A stretch of DNA of 64,000 nucleotides from Candidatus Eiseniibacteriota bacterium (GTDB lineage Bacteria; Eisenbacteria; RBG-16-71-46): the NCBI GenBank assembly GCA_963717505.1, contig OY970342.1, positions 896,001 through 960,000 of the forward strand, read 5' to 3'. Position numbers and translations under genes: made by a program. Within the stretch, counting starts at the first letter, position 1. Each line of letters starts with the position of its first letter. The notes below the pieces were generated by a model. That model was not told the origin of the DNA and searched no databases. It worked only from the letters and a program-made list of their open reading frames with translations. Of the stretch, positions 21,978-31,000 are shown one piece after another.

Positions 21978-22077
21978 GACGAGGGCAGTTTCGACCGCGA
22001 ATGGCGCGGTCCGGATGTTGCATCATTTCCGACCGCGTCAAATCGAGGCGAAATGAGGGCCGGTCGGTTTTTTGCCT

Positions 22078-22106
22078 TTGAATTCGCGGTCGGAAGTTGC
22101 TATACC
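22078..22106 (+). promoter_or_regulatory. Putative sigma70 promoter (extended -10) of the HU gene
   Basis: TTGAAT, 17-bp spacer ending TGC, TATACC. Confidence 0.5.
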
Positions 22107-22228
22107 AAGTCCCGGCTAGGGCCGCGCTCGAGGTTCGTGATTCGTGCGCGCGCGCGAAGTGCGAACGCTCCGGCGGCCCGTCCGACATGGTGCCGCACTT
22201 TCACACTGCACAGGGAGAGACGCAGACG

Positions 22229-22510
22229 ATGGGCAAGATGATGACGAAGTCCCAGATCGCGGGATACATCGCCGACAAATTCGAGATCACCAAGAAGCAG
22301 AGCACGTTGATCCTCGAAGAGCTCGCGACGCTTGCCGCGAAGCAGGCGAGGAATGGATTCGTGTTCCCCGGAGTGGGCAAGCTGGTCGTCGTGAAGCGCA
22401 AGGCGCGCATGGGCCGCAACCCGCAGACGGGCGAGGCCATCAAGATTCCGGCAAAGACTGTGCTCAAGTTCCGGATCGCAAAGGCCATGAAGGAACTGGC
22501 CCTCAAGTAG
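22229..22510 (+). CDS. hup: HU family DNA-binding protein
   Basis: MTKSQI, FPGVGKL...RKARMGRNPQTGEAIKIPAK. GGGAGA RBS. Confidence 0.93.
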   Translation: MGKMMTKSQIAGYIADKFEITKKQSTLILEELATLAAKQARNGFVFPGVGKLVVVKRKARMGRNPQTGEAIKIPAKTVLKFRIAKAMKELALK

Positions 22511-22530
22511 ATCGTCAGCCAGATTCGTGA

Positions 22531-22566
22531 AAGAGCCCCGTACGCCCGAGCGTAGGGGGCTTTTTC
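22531..22566 (+). terminator. Rho-independent terminator after hup
   Basis: AAGAGCCCC-G-TACGC-CCGA-GCGTA-GGGGGCTTTTT. Confidence 0.8.
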
Positions 22567-22681
22567 GTTTCATGATCGAAACGTCGTACCGGACGTTCGG
22601 TTCCTGCGCGACCGCGACTTCGAACGCGTCGGCGGCGCCGAGACGCGCAGGGGCCTGCCCGTGTGGCATGATGCGCGGCCG

Positions 22682-23650
22682 ATGGCCGGCATCGTGGTCG
22701 AGAACCTGTCCAAGTCGTACCGACGGCTGCTCGCGGGAGACCCCGTGCGGGCACTCGACGGCGTCAGCCTCGCGATCCCGCCCGGCGAGGTGTTCGGCAT
22801 CATCGGACCGAACGGCGCCGGCAAGACCACGTTCCTCGGTTGTCTGCTCGGCTTCCTGACTCCTGACTCGGGCCGCATCACGGTCGACGGCAGAGCCCCC
22901 GACGATCTCGCGGTGCGCGCGGCCACCGGCTATCTGCCGGAACGGCTGACGATGGATCGCTGGATGACGGGTCGCGACTTCCTCGCCTACCAACACGCGC
23001 TCGCACGGTTGCCGTCGGAACGCAGCGCGGCGGACGTCGAGGTCCTGCTCGGCCGGGTCGGGCTCGACCGCGAGGCCGGCGCCCGCGCGATTCGCCGCTA
23101 CTCGCGGGGCATGCTCCAGCGGATCGGTCTCGCGCAAGCGCTGCTCGGTCACCCGCAATATGTGTTCCTCGACGAGCCGGCATCGGGCGTGGATCCGGCC
23201 GGTGTCATTCTGTTCCGCCGGATTCTCGGCGAGCTCAAGTCGGCGGGAACCACGGTCGTGCTCAACTCGCACCAGCTCGAGCAGGTCGAGCGCGTTTGCG
23301 ATCGCGTTGCGTTCGTGAACCGCGGCCGTGTCGAGGCGGTCGAGACGTTGGCCGCCGGCACGGCGCACGCGCGTGGACTCCGCGTTCGTTGGGCGGGCGG
23401 AACGCCCGCCAGCGATACGCTGGCGACCGCGGCGTCCCGAGCCGGCGCCCAGTTCGTCGAGGCCGGCAACCGTGAAGCGCGCTTCCGGGTCGCAGACGAC
23501 GATGGTGCCGCTCGACTGGTGCAGTCGCTGGTCGCCTCCGGGATCGCAGTCATCGAAGTCGTGCCCGACGAGAGCCGTCTCGAGCGACTGTTTCTCGGTC
23601 AGGGCGGCGCCCCGGTAGCGCCGGCCCCGCCCACGGGATCGCGACCGTGA
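22682..23650 (+). CDS. ABC-2 type transporter ATP-binding protein
   Basis: GPNGAGKTT, YSRGMLQR, FLDEP, NSH. Confidence 0.92.
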   Translation: MAGIVVENLSKSYRRLLAGDPVRALDGVSLAIPPGEVFGIIGPNGAGKTTFLGCLLGFLTPDSGRITVDGRAPDDLAVRAATGYLPERLTMDRWMTGRDFLAYQHALARLPSERSAADVEVLLGRVGLDREAGARAIRRYSRGMLQRIGLAQALLGHPQYVFLDEPASGVDPAGVILFRRILGELKSAGTTVVLNSHQLEQVERVCDRVAFVNRGRVEAVETLAAGTAHARGLRVRWAGGTPASDTLATAASRAGAQFVEAGNREARFRVADDDGAARLVQSLVASGIAVIEVVPDESRLERLFLGQGGAPVAPAPPTGSRP

Positions 23651-24354
23651 ACCCGACGCTGGTCCTCGCGCACCTTCGCCAGCGGCTGACGAGCCCGATC
23701 CGGCTCGCGTTCCTGGCCGCCACGTTCTTCTTCCCGCTGTTGTTCGTCGCGGCCGCGCCCGGAATGGGTCTGAGCCAGATCCACGACAGCCTGCCGTTCG
23801 TCCTGATCCTCGGCTCGGGAATGATCGGGCTCGACGTCTCCTCGGGCGTGCTGCAGCTGGTGCTGGCGCGACCGGTCACGCGGCGCGAGTACGCGATCAG
23901 TCGCTGGCTGGCGACCGCGTTCGGCGCGGCGGCGTTCTCGACCATTCAGGTGACCCTGGCGTCCATGATCCTGGTTCTGCGCGGCGGCACCGTGAACGCG
24001 GAGAGCGTGGCCGCAACACTGCTCGCGACCTGGTCGTCGGCGTTCGGCGCCTCGGCAGTGCTGATGGCGCTCTCGACGCTGGTGCCGGGGCTCGCGGACC
24101 TCGGGCTCTTCGTCATGATCATGATCTCGACTTCGGTGCTGCAGATGATCGGCAGCGCCGCCCGCCTGTCGTGGGTGACGCGCGCCGGCGTCGTGGTCGG
24201 CGAGAGTTTGAACCCGGTTCTGGACTGGAGCCGGATCTTCGGCGGTTCGGTCTCGTGGCACGAGCTGGCCGCCTATGCGTCGACGGTGACGCTGGCGCTC
24301 GCGGTCGGGATCTTCGTGCTCAACCGCAAGGAGCTTTCCTATGCCTCCGGCTGA
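23647..24354 (+). CDS. ABC-2 type transporter permease
   Basis: About six hydrophobic helices, LVLARPVTRREY motif, GTGA overlap with the ATPase gene. Confidence 0.8.
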   Translation: MNPTLVLAHLRQRLTSPIRLAFLAATFFFPLLFVAAAPGMGLSQIHDSLPFVLILGSGMIGLDVSSGVLQLVLARPVTRREYAISRWLATAFGAAAFSTIQVTLASMILVLRGGTVNAESVAATLLATWSSAFGASAVLMALSTLVPGLADLGLFVMIMISTSVLQMIGSAARLSWVTRAGVVVGESLNPVLDWSRIFGGSVSWHELAAYASTVTLALAVGIFVLNRKELSYASG

Positions 24355-24889
24355 CGACGCGGGGCCGGTCGTGAAGGCGGGCAGCTCGCGGCCATCGCCG
24401 CGGGTATTGCTGATCGCGGCGGCCGTGTTGCTGGTCGCGCGCATCGGGAGCTGCATCTACGAAGATCGGCACCCGCCCCAGGCGCGAAGCCTGGTCGACT
24501 GGAAACCCGTGGCGGCGGCCGAGTCGCTGTCGCGGGCCAGTGGCCGGCCCGTCCTCTACGAATTCGGCGCCGCGTGGTGCGGCCCCTGCCAGACCATGGA
24601 AGCCGAGGTTTTCGCCGACGCTCGCAGCGCGGCGCGGCTCAGCCAGACCTTCGTGCCGATTCGACTGGTGGACCGAATGCAGGAGGAGGGCAAGAATTCC
24701 CCCGAGGTCCAGGCCCTGGAAGATCGCTTCAGCGTCGAGGCGTTCCCGACCCTGATCGTCCATTCACCGGCGACCGGCCGCAGCGAATCGGTGGTGGGTT
24801 ACCCCGGGCGCGACGAGTTGATGGGCAAGTTGGCGCGCGCCGCGAAGACCGTGGTGAGGCCGACTCCGACGGTGCGCGACTCGGGCTGA
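24341..24889 (+). CDS. Membrane-anchored thioredoxin-fold protein
   Basis: N-terminal hydrophobic segment, WCGPC, cis-Pro loop AFPT. Confidence 0.85.
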   Translation: MPPADDAGPVVKAGSSRPSPRVLLIAAAVLLVARIGSCIYEDRHPPQARSLVDWKPVAAAESLSRASGRPVLYEFGAAWCGPCQTMEAEVFADARSAARLSQTFVPIRLVDRMQEEGKNSPEVQALEDRFSVEAFPTLIVHSPATGRSESVVGYPGRDELMGKLARAAKTVVRPTPTVRDSG

Positions 24890-24897
24890 ACGCCGCG

Positions 24898-25668
24898 CTA
24901 GTAGTGGTAGCGGACCTTCAGCTGCCCCCAGGACTTCTTCGCCACCGGCATCAGGGCGCAGCAACTGCCGCTCACCCACTGCTGCAGCGCCACCGGAGTG
25001 GGCGTGTCGGTCGGGTCGCACAGGTCGCCACCGCCGCCGGAATCGGTAAGGAAGAAGAACTTGCACAGCGAGCAAAACGACTCGTCGCCATACGTCAGTT
25101 CGGGCCGCGCCGCGGGGTCGACGCATGCGGGGTCGATGCTGGTCACCCGGACCATCAGGAACGCTGGGCCGCGCAGGCAGACCGGAGTGTTCAGCGTGAT
25201 ATCGAACGTAAACACACCGGGGGCACCGCCAAACGGGGCGGCGGGCTGCGGCGCCGCCAGGAAAACGTCGTCGTTGGGCAGGTAGCAGCCACCTTCGTCG
25301 ATGGCGTCGACGATCGAGATCTCCAACGGCAGCGAGCACGCGGTGTTGAACCGCAATCCGATGTGGACCTGGTCCACGGTCAGCGTGCCGGTCTCCGAGC
25401 AGTCGACACAGGTCGCCGGGTTGATCAGCGTGAAGTAGGCGTCGCCGTTCTGGATGAACTCGGGCAGGGACTCGGTCGGCTGCAGGGGCCCCCCCGCGTT
25501 GCACACACCGCCGTAGAACTCGGGCCCGATCTGGACGTGCGTCGGCTTCTCATCACCGACCGGCCGGGGTGGCGCTGGGATGAGGATGTTCCCAGATTGG
25601 GCGGCCGGAGCGAGGGCGGCGAGCGCGACGAGCGCGAGCGCCACCGGCAAACAACGTTTGGACGACAT
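24898..25668 (-). CDS. Cys-rich secreted protein with C-terminal SWGxxKxxY motif
   Basis: Signal peptide MSSKRCLPVALALVALAALAPAAQS. Ends PVAKKSWGQLKVRYHY. Confidence 0.7.
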   Translation of the reverse strand: MSSKRCLPVALALVALAALAPAAQSGNILIPAPPRPVGDEKPTHVQIGPEFYGGVCNAGGPLQPTESLPEFIQNGDAYFTLINPATCVDCSETGTLTVDQVHIGLRFNTACSLPLEISIVDAIDEGGCYLPNDDVFLAAPQPAAPFGGAPGVFTFDITLNTPVCLRGPAFLMVRVTSIDPACVDPAARPELTYGDESFCSLCKFFFLTDSGGGGDLCDPTDTPTPVALQQWVSGSCCALMPVAKKSWGQLKVRYHY

Positions 25669-25879
25669 GAGCAGGGATCTCCGCCGCCCGAGGGGCGGTA
25701 CGTGAGGAACTGCTGGCGCTGAGGAACGAAACCGTGCGGCGAGGGCTACATCAAGCGTGCCGCACGTTGGCCATCAGCGTCAACGTAAAAGCCGATCTTT
25801 GAAGCGTCTGGCCGGCTTCGGCACGTCGATCAGCCCGATTCCTCCCAATGCCCAGGCCCTGCGCCCGGGGAGATAGACC

Positions 25880-25908
25880 TTGATACTGCACGTATGTGCA
25901 GTTATGCT
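25880..25908 (+). promoter_or_regulatory. Sigma70 promoter with a palindromic SOS-box-like operator in the spacer
   Basis: TTGATA (25880-25885), 17 bp, TATGCT (25903-25908). ACTGCAC-GTAT-GTGCAGT at 25885-25902 contains CTG-N10-CAG. Confidence 0.75.
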
Positions 25909-25918
25909 CCCCGCGGCC

Positions 25919-26173
25919 ATGAGAATCGAGCTGATCAACGAGGCCGTCACGGTTCGTGCGGACTTCCACGGCGGGCGCGCCACCCCCCTCGCCTTCCGGC
26001 TGGGACCGCGCGAGCACCGGGTCACCGGTGTCAACGCGCGCTGGGTCGACCGCTCGGGCCGTCACCCGCGCTTCTGCTTCTCGGTCACCACCGAGAGCGG
26101 CGACGTCTACCAGCTGCAGCTCTCGGCGGCGGACCTGGTCTGGCGCCTCGATTCGGTGACGCTCGATGGCTGA
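25919..26173 (+). CDS. Small protein (84 aa), DUF6504 / ImuB C-terminal-domain-like
   Basis: P..F....HRV..V..RW..FSV.TESG.VYQL......W.L pattern. First gene of the cassette; overlaps the dinB start. Confidence 0.6.
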   Translation: MRIELINEAVTVRADFHGGRATPLAFRLGPREHRVTGVNARWVDRSGRHPRFCFSVTTESGDVYQLQLSAADLVWRLDSVTLDG

Positions 26174-27386
26174 GCCCGCGGCCCCGCGCACCATCCTGCA
26201 CGTCGACATCGACGCCTTCTTCGCGGCGATCGAGCAGCAACGCGATCCGCGGCTGCGCGGCCGGCCGGTGATCGTCGGCGCCGGAGTGATCGCGTCGTGT
26301 TCGTACGAGGCGCGCCGCTTCGGACTGCGCGCCGGGATGACGCTGAGCGAGGCCCGGCGGCGCTGCCCGGACGCGGTCATCCTCGACGGCCACGCCCAGG
26401 TCTATCGCTGCTTCGCCGAGGACATCTTCGAGCGTTGCCGCCGGGTCGCCCCGGAAGTCGAGACCTACCTCGACGAGGCGTATTGCGACCTGACCGGCAC
26501 CGAGCGCCTGCACGGCGATCCGGCCGGCGCGGCGCGCGGCCTCAAGCGCGACATCCTCGCGGCCACCGGGCTGACCGTGACCTGCGGCATCGGCCCGAAT
26601 CGCATGCTCGCCAAGCTGGTCGGCAAGACCGTGAAGCCGGACGGGCTCGCGCGGGTGCACGAGGCCGAGGCCGATGCGTTCCTGGTCGGGCGCCCGATCG
26701 AACAGCTCGCGGGCGTCGGCCGTGCCCACGCGCGGACGCTTCGCTCGATGAACGTGCAGACGATCGGCGCCCTGCGGGCACTGTCGGCCGGCGCGCTCGA
26801 ACGCCTGTTCGGAGTCCATGGCCGCCTGCTCCACGAGCGCTGCCGGGGCCACGACACCGCACCGGTGCTGGCGCGCGAAGTGCCGCAGTCGATCTCACGC
26901 GAAACCTCGTTCCACCAACACACGGCCGACCGGACCGAGATCGAAGGCATGCTCGAGTACCTGGTCGGCCGCGCCTGCCGGACGGCCCGCGAGCTTTGCA
27001 TCGCGCCACGCACCGTGGCCGTCCGGCTTCGTTACGCCGACGGCGAGTTCGCCGAGCAGGCACGCTCGCTCCGGCTGCCGTCGGACACCGACCCGGTGGT
27101 GCTCGAGCTGGCGCGCGTGCTGCTCGTGCGCCTGTTCACCCGCCGGGTCGCGCTGCACGGCGCCGGCATCGTGCTCTCGAACTTCGCGCCCGCGGGCGGC
27201 GACCAGGGTTCGCTGTTCGACGAGCGCGAGGCCGGCCGGCGCGGGGCATTGCTGCGCGCGTTCGACGACGTGCGCAGCGCCTACGGTCACGGCGTTCTGG
27301 TCTCGGGTCGCGCGCTCCACCTGCGCGGGCGCCTGGAAGAGGACCGCCACGGCTTCGTGCTGCGCACGCCGTCGCTCACGAAGTAG
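26166..27386 (+). CDS. dinB: Y-family DNA polymerase IV
   Basis: ILHVDIDAFFAAIE, SYEARRFG, YLDEAY, GIGPNRMLAKL, SISRETSF, clamp-binding-like QGSLF. Confidence 0.9.
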   Translation: MAEPAAPRTILHVDIDAFFAAIEQQRDPRLRGRPVIVGAGVIASCSYEARRFGLRAGMTLSEARRRCPDAVILDGHAQVYRCFAEDIFERCRRVAPEVETYLDEAYCDLTGTERLHGDPAGAARGLKRDILAATGLTVTCGIGPNRMLAKLVGKTVKPDGLARVHEAEADAFLVGRPIEQLAGVGRAHARTLRSMNVQTIGALRALSAGALERLFGVHGRLLHERCRGHDTAPVLAREVPQSISRETSFHQHTADRTEIEGMLEYLVGRACRTARELCIAPRTVAVRLRYADGEFAEQARSLRLPSDTDPVVLELARVLLVRLFTRRVALHGAGIVLSNFAPAGGDQGSLFDEREAGRRGALLRAFDDVRSAYGHGVLVSGRALHLRGRLEEDRHGFVLRTPSLTK

Positions 27387-27412
27387 CCGCGGACTGCCGA
27401 TGACCGCCGAGT

Positions 27413-28066
27413 ATGACTCCTTCCCCTCCGGGACACGCACACCCGGGGTCCTCTCCCGCACCGGCGCCCGCCGGCGCACCCCGGATCTCGCGCACGGTGC
27501 ACGTCGTTGCGATCGCGCTGGTGGCGGCCATCGTGACGCTGACCGTCGTGGCGTTCGCGGCACTCGAGGTCGTGCTGCGGCAGACCCCCGAGCTCGAGCC
27601 GCGCCACCGGCCCGAGGCGCTGTGTTTCGCGCTGGCCAAGCCGCCGCCGTTCACGCCGCCGATGGCGGTGCAGCCGAGCGCCGCGTTGGTGCGCGGCCGC
27701 TTCGGCAGCTCGATGCCGGCGTCGTACGCGCTGCGCCAGCAGATGCAGATCGACGAGGACATGGTGCTGCGCGAGTGGACGCATCGGGTCGGCGACTACG
27801 ACGTCGCGCTGTTCTGGCTGCAGCTTCCGGGCCGCGACACCGAACGCTGGCTGGTGGCCGCGTGGATGGAGGGCGCCGATCTCGCGGTGTGCAACTTCCG
27901 CTTCCGGGGCACGGCTCGATCGTGGTCGACGGAGGAGAAGGTCTGGGGCACACGGCTGCTCCAACGGATTCTCCAGCCGGAATACTTCCGCAGTGGCACG
28001 CTGCCCGACGTGCGTTTGCGGCCGCGCGATGGCGCGACCATGCCGGAGTTCGGCCCCGCGACCTGA
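27413..28066 (+). CDS. Hypothetical membrane-anchored protein
   Basis: One long hydrophobic helix (VHVVAIALVAAIVTLTVVAFAAL) followed by a globular domain. Fills the gap between dinB and dnaE2. Confidence 0.6.
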   Translation: MTPSPPGHAHPGSSPAPAPAGAPRISRTVHVVAIALVAAIVTLTVVAFAALEVVLRQTPELEPRHRPEALCFALAKPPPFTPPMAVQPSAALVRGRFGSSMPASYALRQQMQIDEDMVLREWTHRVGDYDVALFWLQLPGRDTERWLVAAWMEGADLAVCNFRFRGTARSWSTEEKVWGTRLLQRILQPEYFRSGTLPDVRLRPRDGATMPEFGPAT

Positions 28067-28087
28067 ACGTCGGATTCGGGCCGCGTC

Positions 28088-31000
28088 ATGACCGCTGAGT
28101 TCACGCCGCTGCGCGTGCGCTCGCACGGCTCGCTGCTCTACGGCACCGCATCACCCGAGGCGTTGGTCGCGCGCGCGCTCGAACTGGGTTACTCCGCGCT
28201 GGCACTCGCCGATCGCGACAACCTCTACCTCGCGATCCGCTTCTACCGGCATGCGCGCGACCACGGGCTGCGGCCGATCCTGGCCGCGACCGTGTCTACC
28301 GGTGGCAACGAGGTCCTGCTGGTTCCGCTCGACCGCCGCGGGTACGCCCACCTGTGCGCGATCCTGACCGCGCGGCAACTGGACCCGGGCTTCGACCTGG
28401 CCACGTCGATCGCCGCGCGCCATACCGGGCTGCATGTGATCGTCGAGTCGCCCGGAATGGCGGCCACCCTGCTCGCGGCCGGCGTGCCGGCGGCATCGGG
28501 CCGCGATGACGTTCGCGTGCTGCAGCCCGGTGGATTGTGGCTGGGCGTGCGCGGCATCGCCGCGGAGCGCGTGCTGCTCGGCGAGCGCGTCGCGGCGGCG
28601 CGACACTTGAAGCTCCCGCTCGTGGCCACGGGCGACGTCGCCCTGCTCGCCGCCACCGAGCACGACGCGCATCGCGCCGCAGTGACCGCCGCCGCCGGCG
28701 AGCTGCTCGACCGCATGCCACCGAACGCATTCACGCCGCGCGACGCGTGGCTCGCCTCGCCCGCCGAATGGTCGCGCCGGGTGCGCGCGGTGACGTCGGC
28801 AGCCGGCGTGCCGGCGGCGGCCCATGAGGCGCTGGCCAACAACGCGGCGCTGGTCGATCGCTGCCGACTCGAGCTGGATCTGGGAACGCCGATCTTCCCG
28901 CGCGCAACGCTGGCACCCGGCGAAACCGGGCACGGCCGCCTGGCGCGCGAGTGCCTCGCGGGCGTGCGTCGTCGCTACGGGCGGCACTCGGCCGCGGCCC
29001 GCCGTCGTCTGAGCGACGAGCTGGCAATGATCGATCGGCTCGGATTCACCGACTACTTCCTGCTGGTCGCCGAGATCGTCGGCTTCGCGCGCGCGCGCGG
29101 GATTCCGACCGTCGGCCGCGGCTCGGGCGCCAGCTCGCTGGTCGCCTACAGCCTGGGCATCACCAACGTCGATCCGATCCGGCACCGGCTGACGTTCGAG
29201 CGCTTCCTCAACCCGAGCCGGCGCGACTGCCCCGATCTCGACATCGACCTGTGCTGGAAGCGTCGCGACGAGGTGATCGCGCACGTCTACCAGCAGTACG
29301 GCGCCGATCGCGTCGCGATGATCTCGACGCATGCGACCCTCGGCGCGCGCTCGGCATTCCGCGAGACCGCGAAGGCGCTCGGCGTGCCGAACCCGCGGGT
29401 GAACGCGCTTGCGAAGCGCATTCCGCGCGAGCTGGAGCGGCCGTACCGGTCGCGACTCGAATCACTTCCGGAAGGGCGCCACGTCGACTGGAGCGAGCCG
29501 GTGCTGTCGCGCGCGCTGGCGCTCGCCGAGCAGCTCGACGGCGCGCCGCGGCATCTGTCGGTCCATTGCGGCGGCATGGTGATCGCCGATCGCGAGCTGA
29601 CTCACTACGTCCCGCTCGAGCAGGCGGCGAAGGGCGTCGTCGTCACCCAGTTCGAGATGCGAGCGATCGAGGCGATCGGGCTGGTCAAGATGGATCTGCT
29701 CGGCAACCGCGCACTGACCACGATCGGCGAATGCGTGGATCTGGTGCGCGCCCATCGCGGCGTCGAAATCGACGTCGATCGGCTGCCCGAGTCCGATCCG
29801 ATCACGGCGGCGTGCGTGGCCGCCGGCGACACGCTGAACTGCTTCCAGCTCGAATCGCCCGCCATGCGGCACCTGTTGCGCATGCTCGACGCGAACACAC
29901 TGGAGCGCACGGTCGCGGCGGTCGCGGCGGTGCGCCCGGGGCCGGCCGAGATGGGCCTCAAGGACGCGTTCTGCCGGCGCCAGCGCGGGCTCGAGCCGCC
30001 GGTGTTCCTGCACCCACGTCTCGAGCCACTGCTTCGCGAGACCCACGGTGTCATGCTCTACGAGGAAGACGTGCTGCACGTGAGTGCCGCAATCGCCGGG
30101 CTCACGCTCGCGGCGGGCGACGACCTCAGGCGCGCGATCGGCGCCGCGCGCGACGAGGCCGAGTTCCGAGCACTCGAGCACGGGTTCGTGGCGCACGCGC
30201 TGCACAACGGCGTCGACGAGGCATCGGCGCGCGCCGTGTGGCGCGACCTCACGCGCTTCGGGGCCTACGCGTTCTGCAAGGCGCACGCGGCGGGCTATGG
30301 CGCGTTGGGCTGGCAGAGCGCCTACCTCAAGTCCCGCTTCCCGGCCGAATGGGCGGTGGGCATCCTCAACCACCACGCCGGCATGTATGCGACCTGGGTC
30401 CACGTCGAGGACCTGCGCCGGCGCGGCGTGGTGTTCGGTGCGCCGTGCGTCCAGCGCTCGGCGTGGGAGACGACGCTGGAGACGTCGGGGGATGCGCTCC
30501 GGCGGGTCGGGTCGGATGGCTTCCGGCTTCGGCGGAGCCCGTCGCTCCGCGGGCGCACGCAACCTCCTCGCGCTCCGGGGCGTCGGTGTTCGCCCGCTCC
30601 GCTCTCGCCCACCTCGCCGGAAGCCATCCGACCCGCCCGGCCGGAGCGCATCGTCCGCGTCGGCCTGTCGCGCGTGTTCGGTCTGGCCGATGCGACCGGC
30701 GCGCGGATCGTCGCGGCGCGAGCGGAGCGGTTCTTCCGGAGCCTCGCGGACTTCGCCGAACGCGTGCGCCCGGCCCTCCCCGAGCTCGAGTCTCTGATCC
30801 TGGCCGGAGCGCTCGACACCCTCGGCCGCACCCGCCCCTCGCTGCTGCTCGAAGCCCGCGTCCTTGCCGCCGGGCGCGCGATCGATCCGGCCCGCTCCCG
30901 GAGCGCCGAACCCGCGCTGGTGCTCGCCGCCACCGGCGGCGGCGATTTCCTGCCCGACGCGGTCGCGCCCGCCGAGATCGCGGAGCTGCCCGAATTCGAC

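Noticed and set aside
30491-30652. Intein or intron in dnaE2
   Set aside because: No Cys/Ser start with His-Asn end, too short, and no group I/II intron motifs. The long terminal inverted repeats point to a palindromic DNA element.
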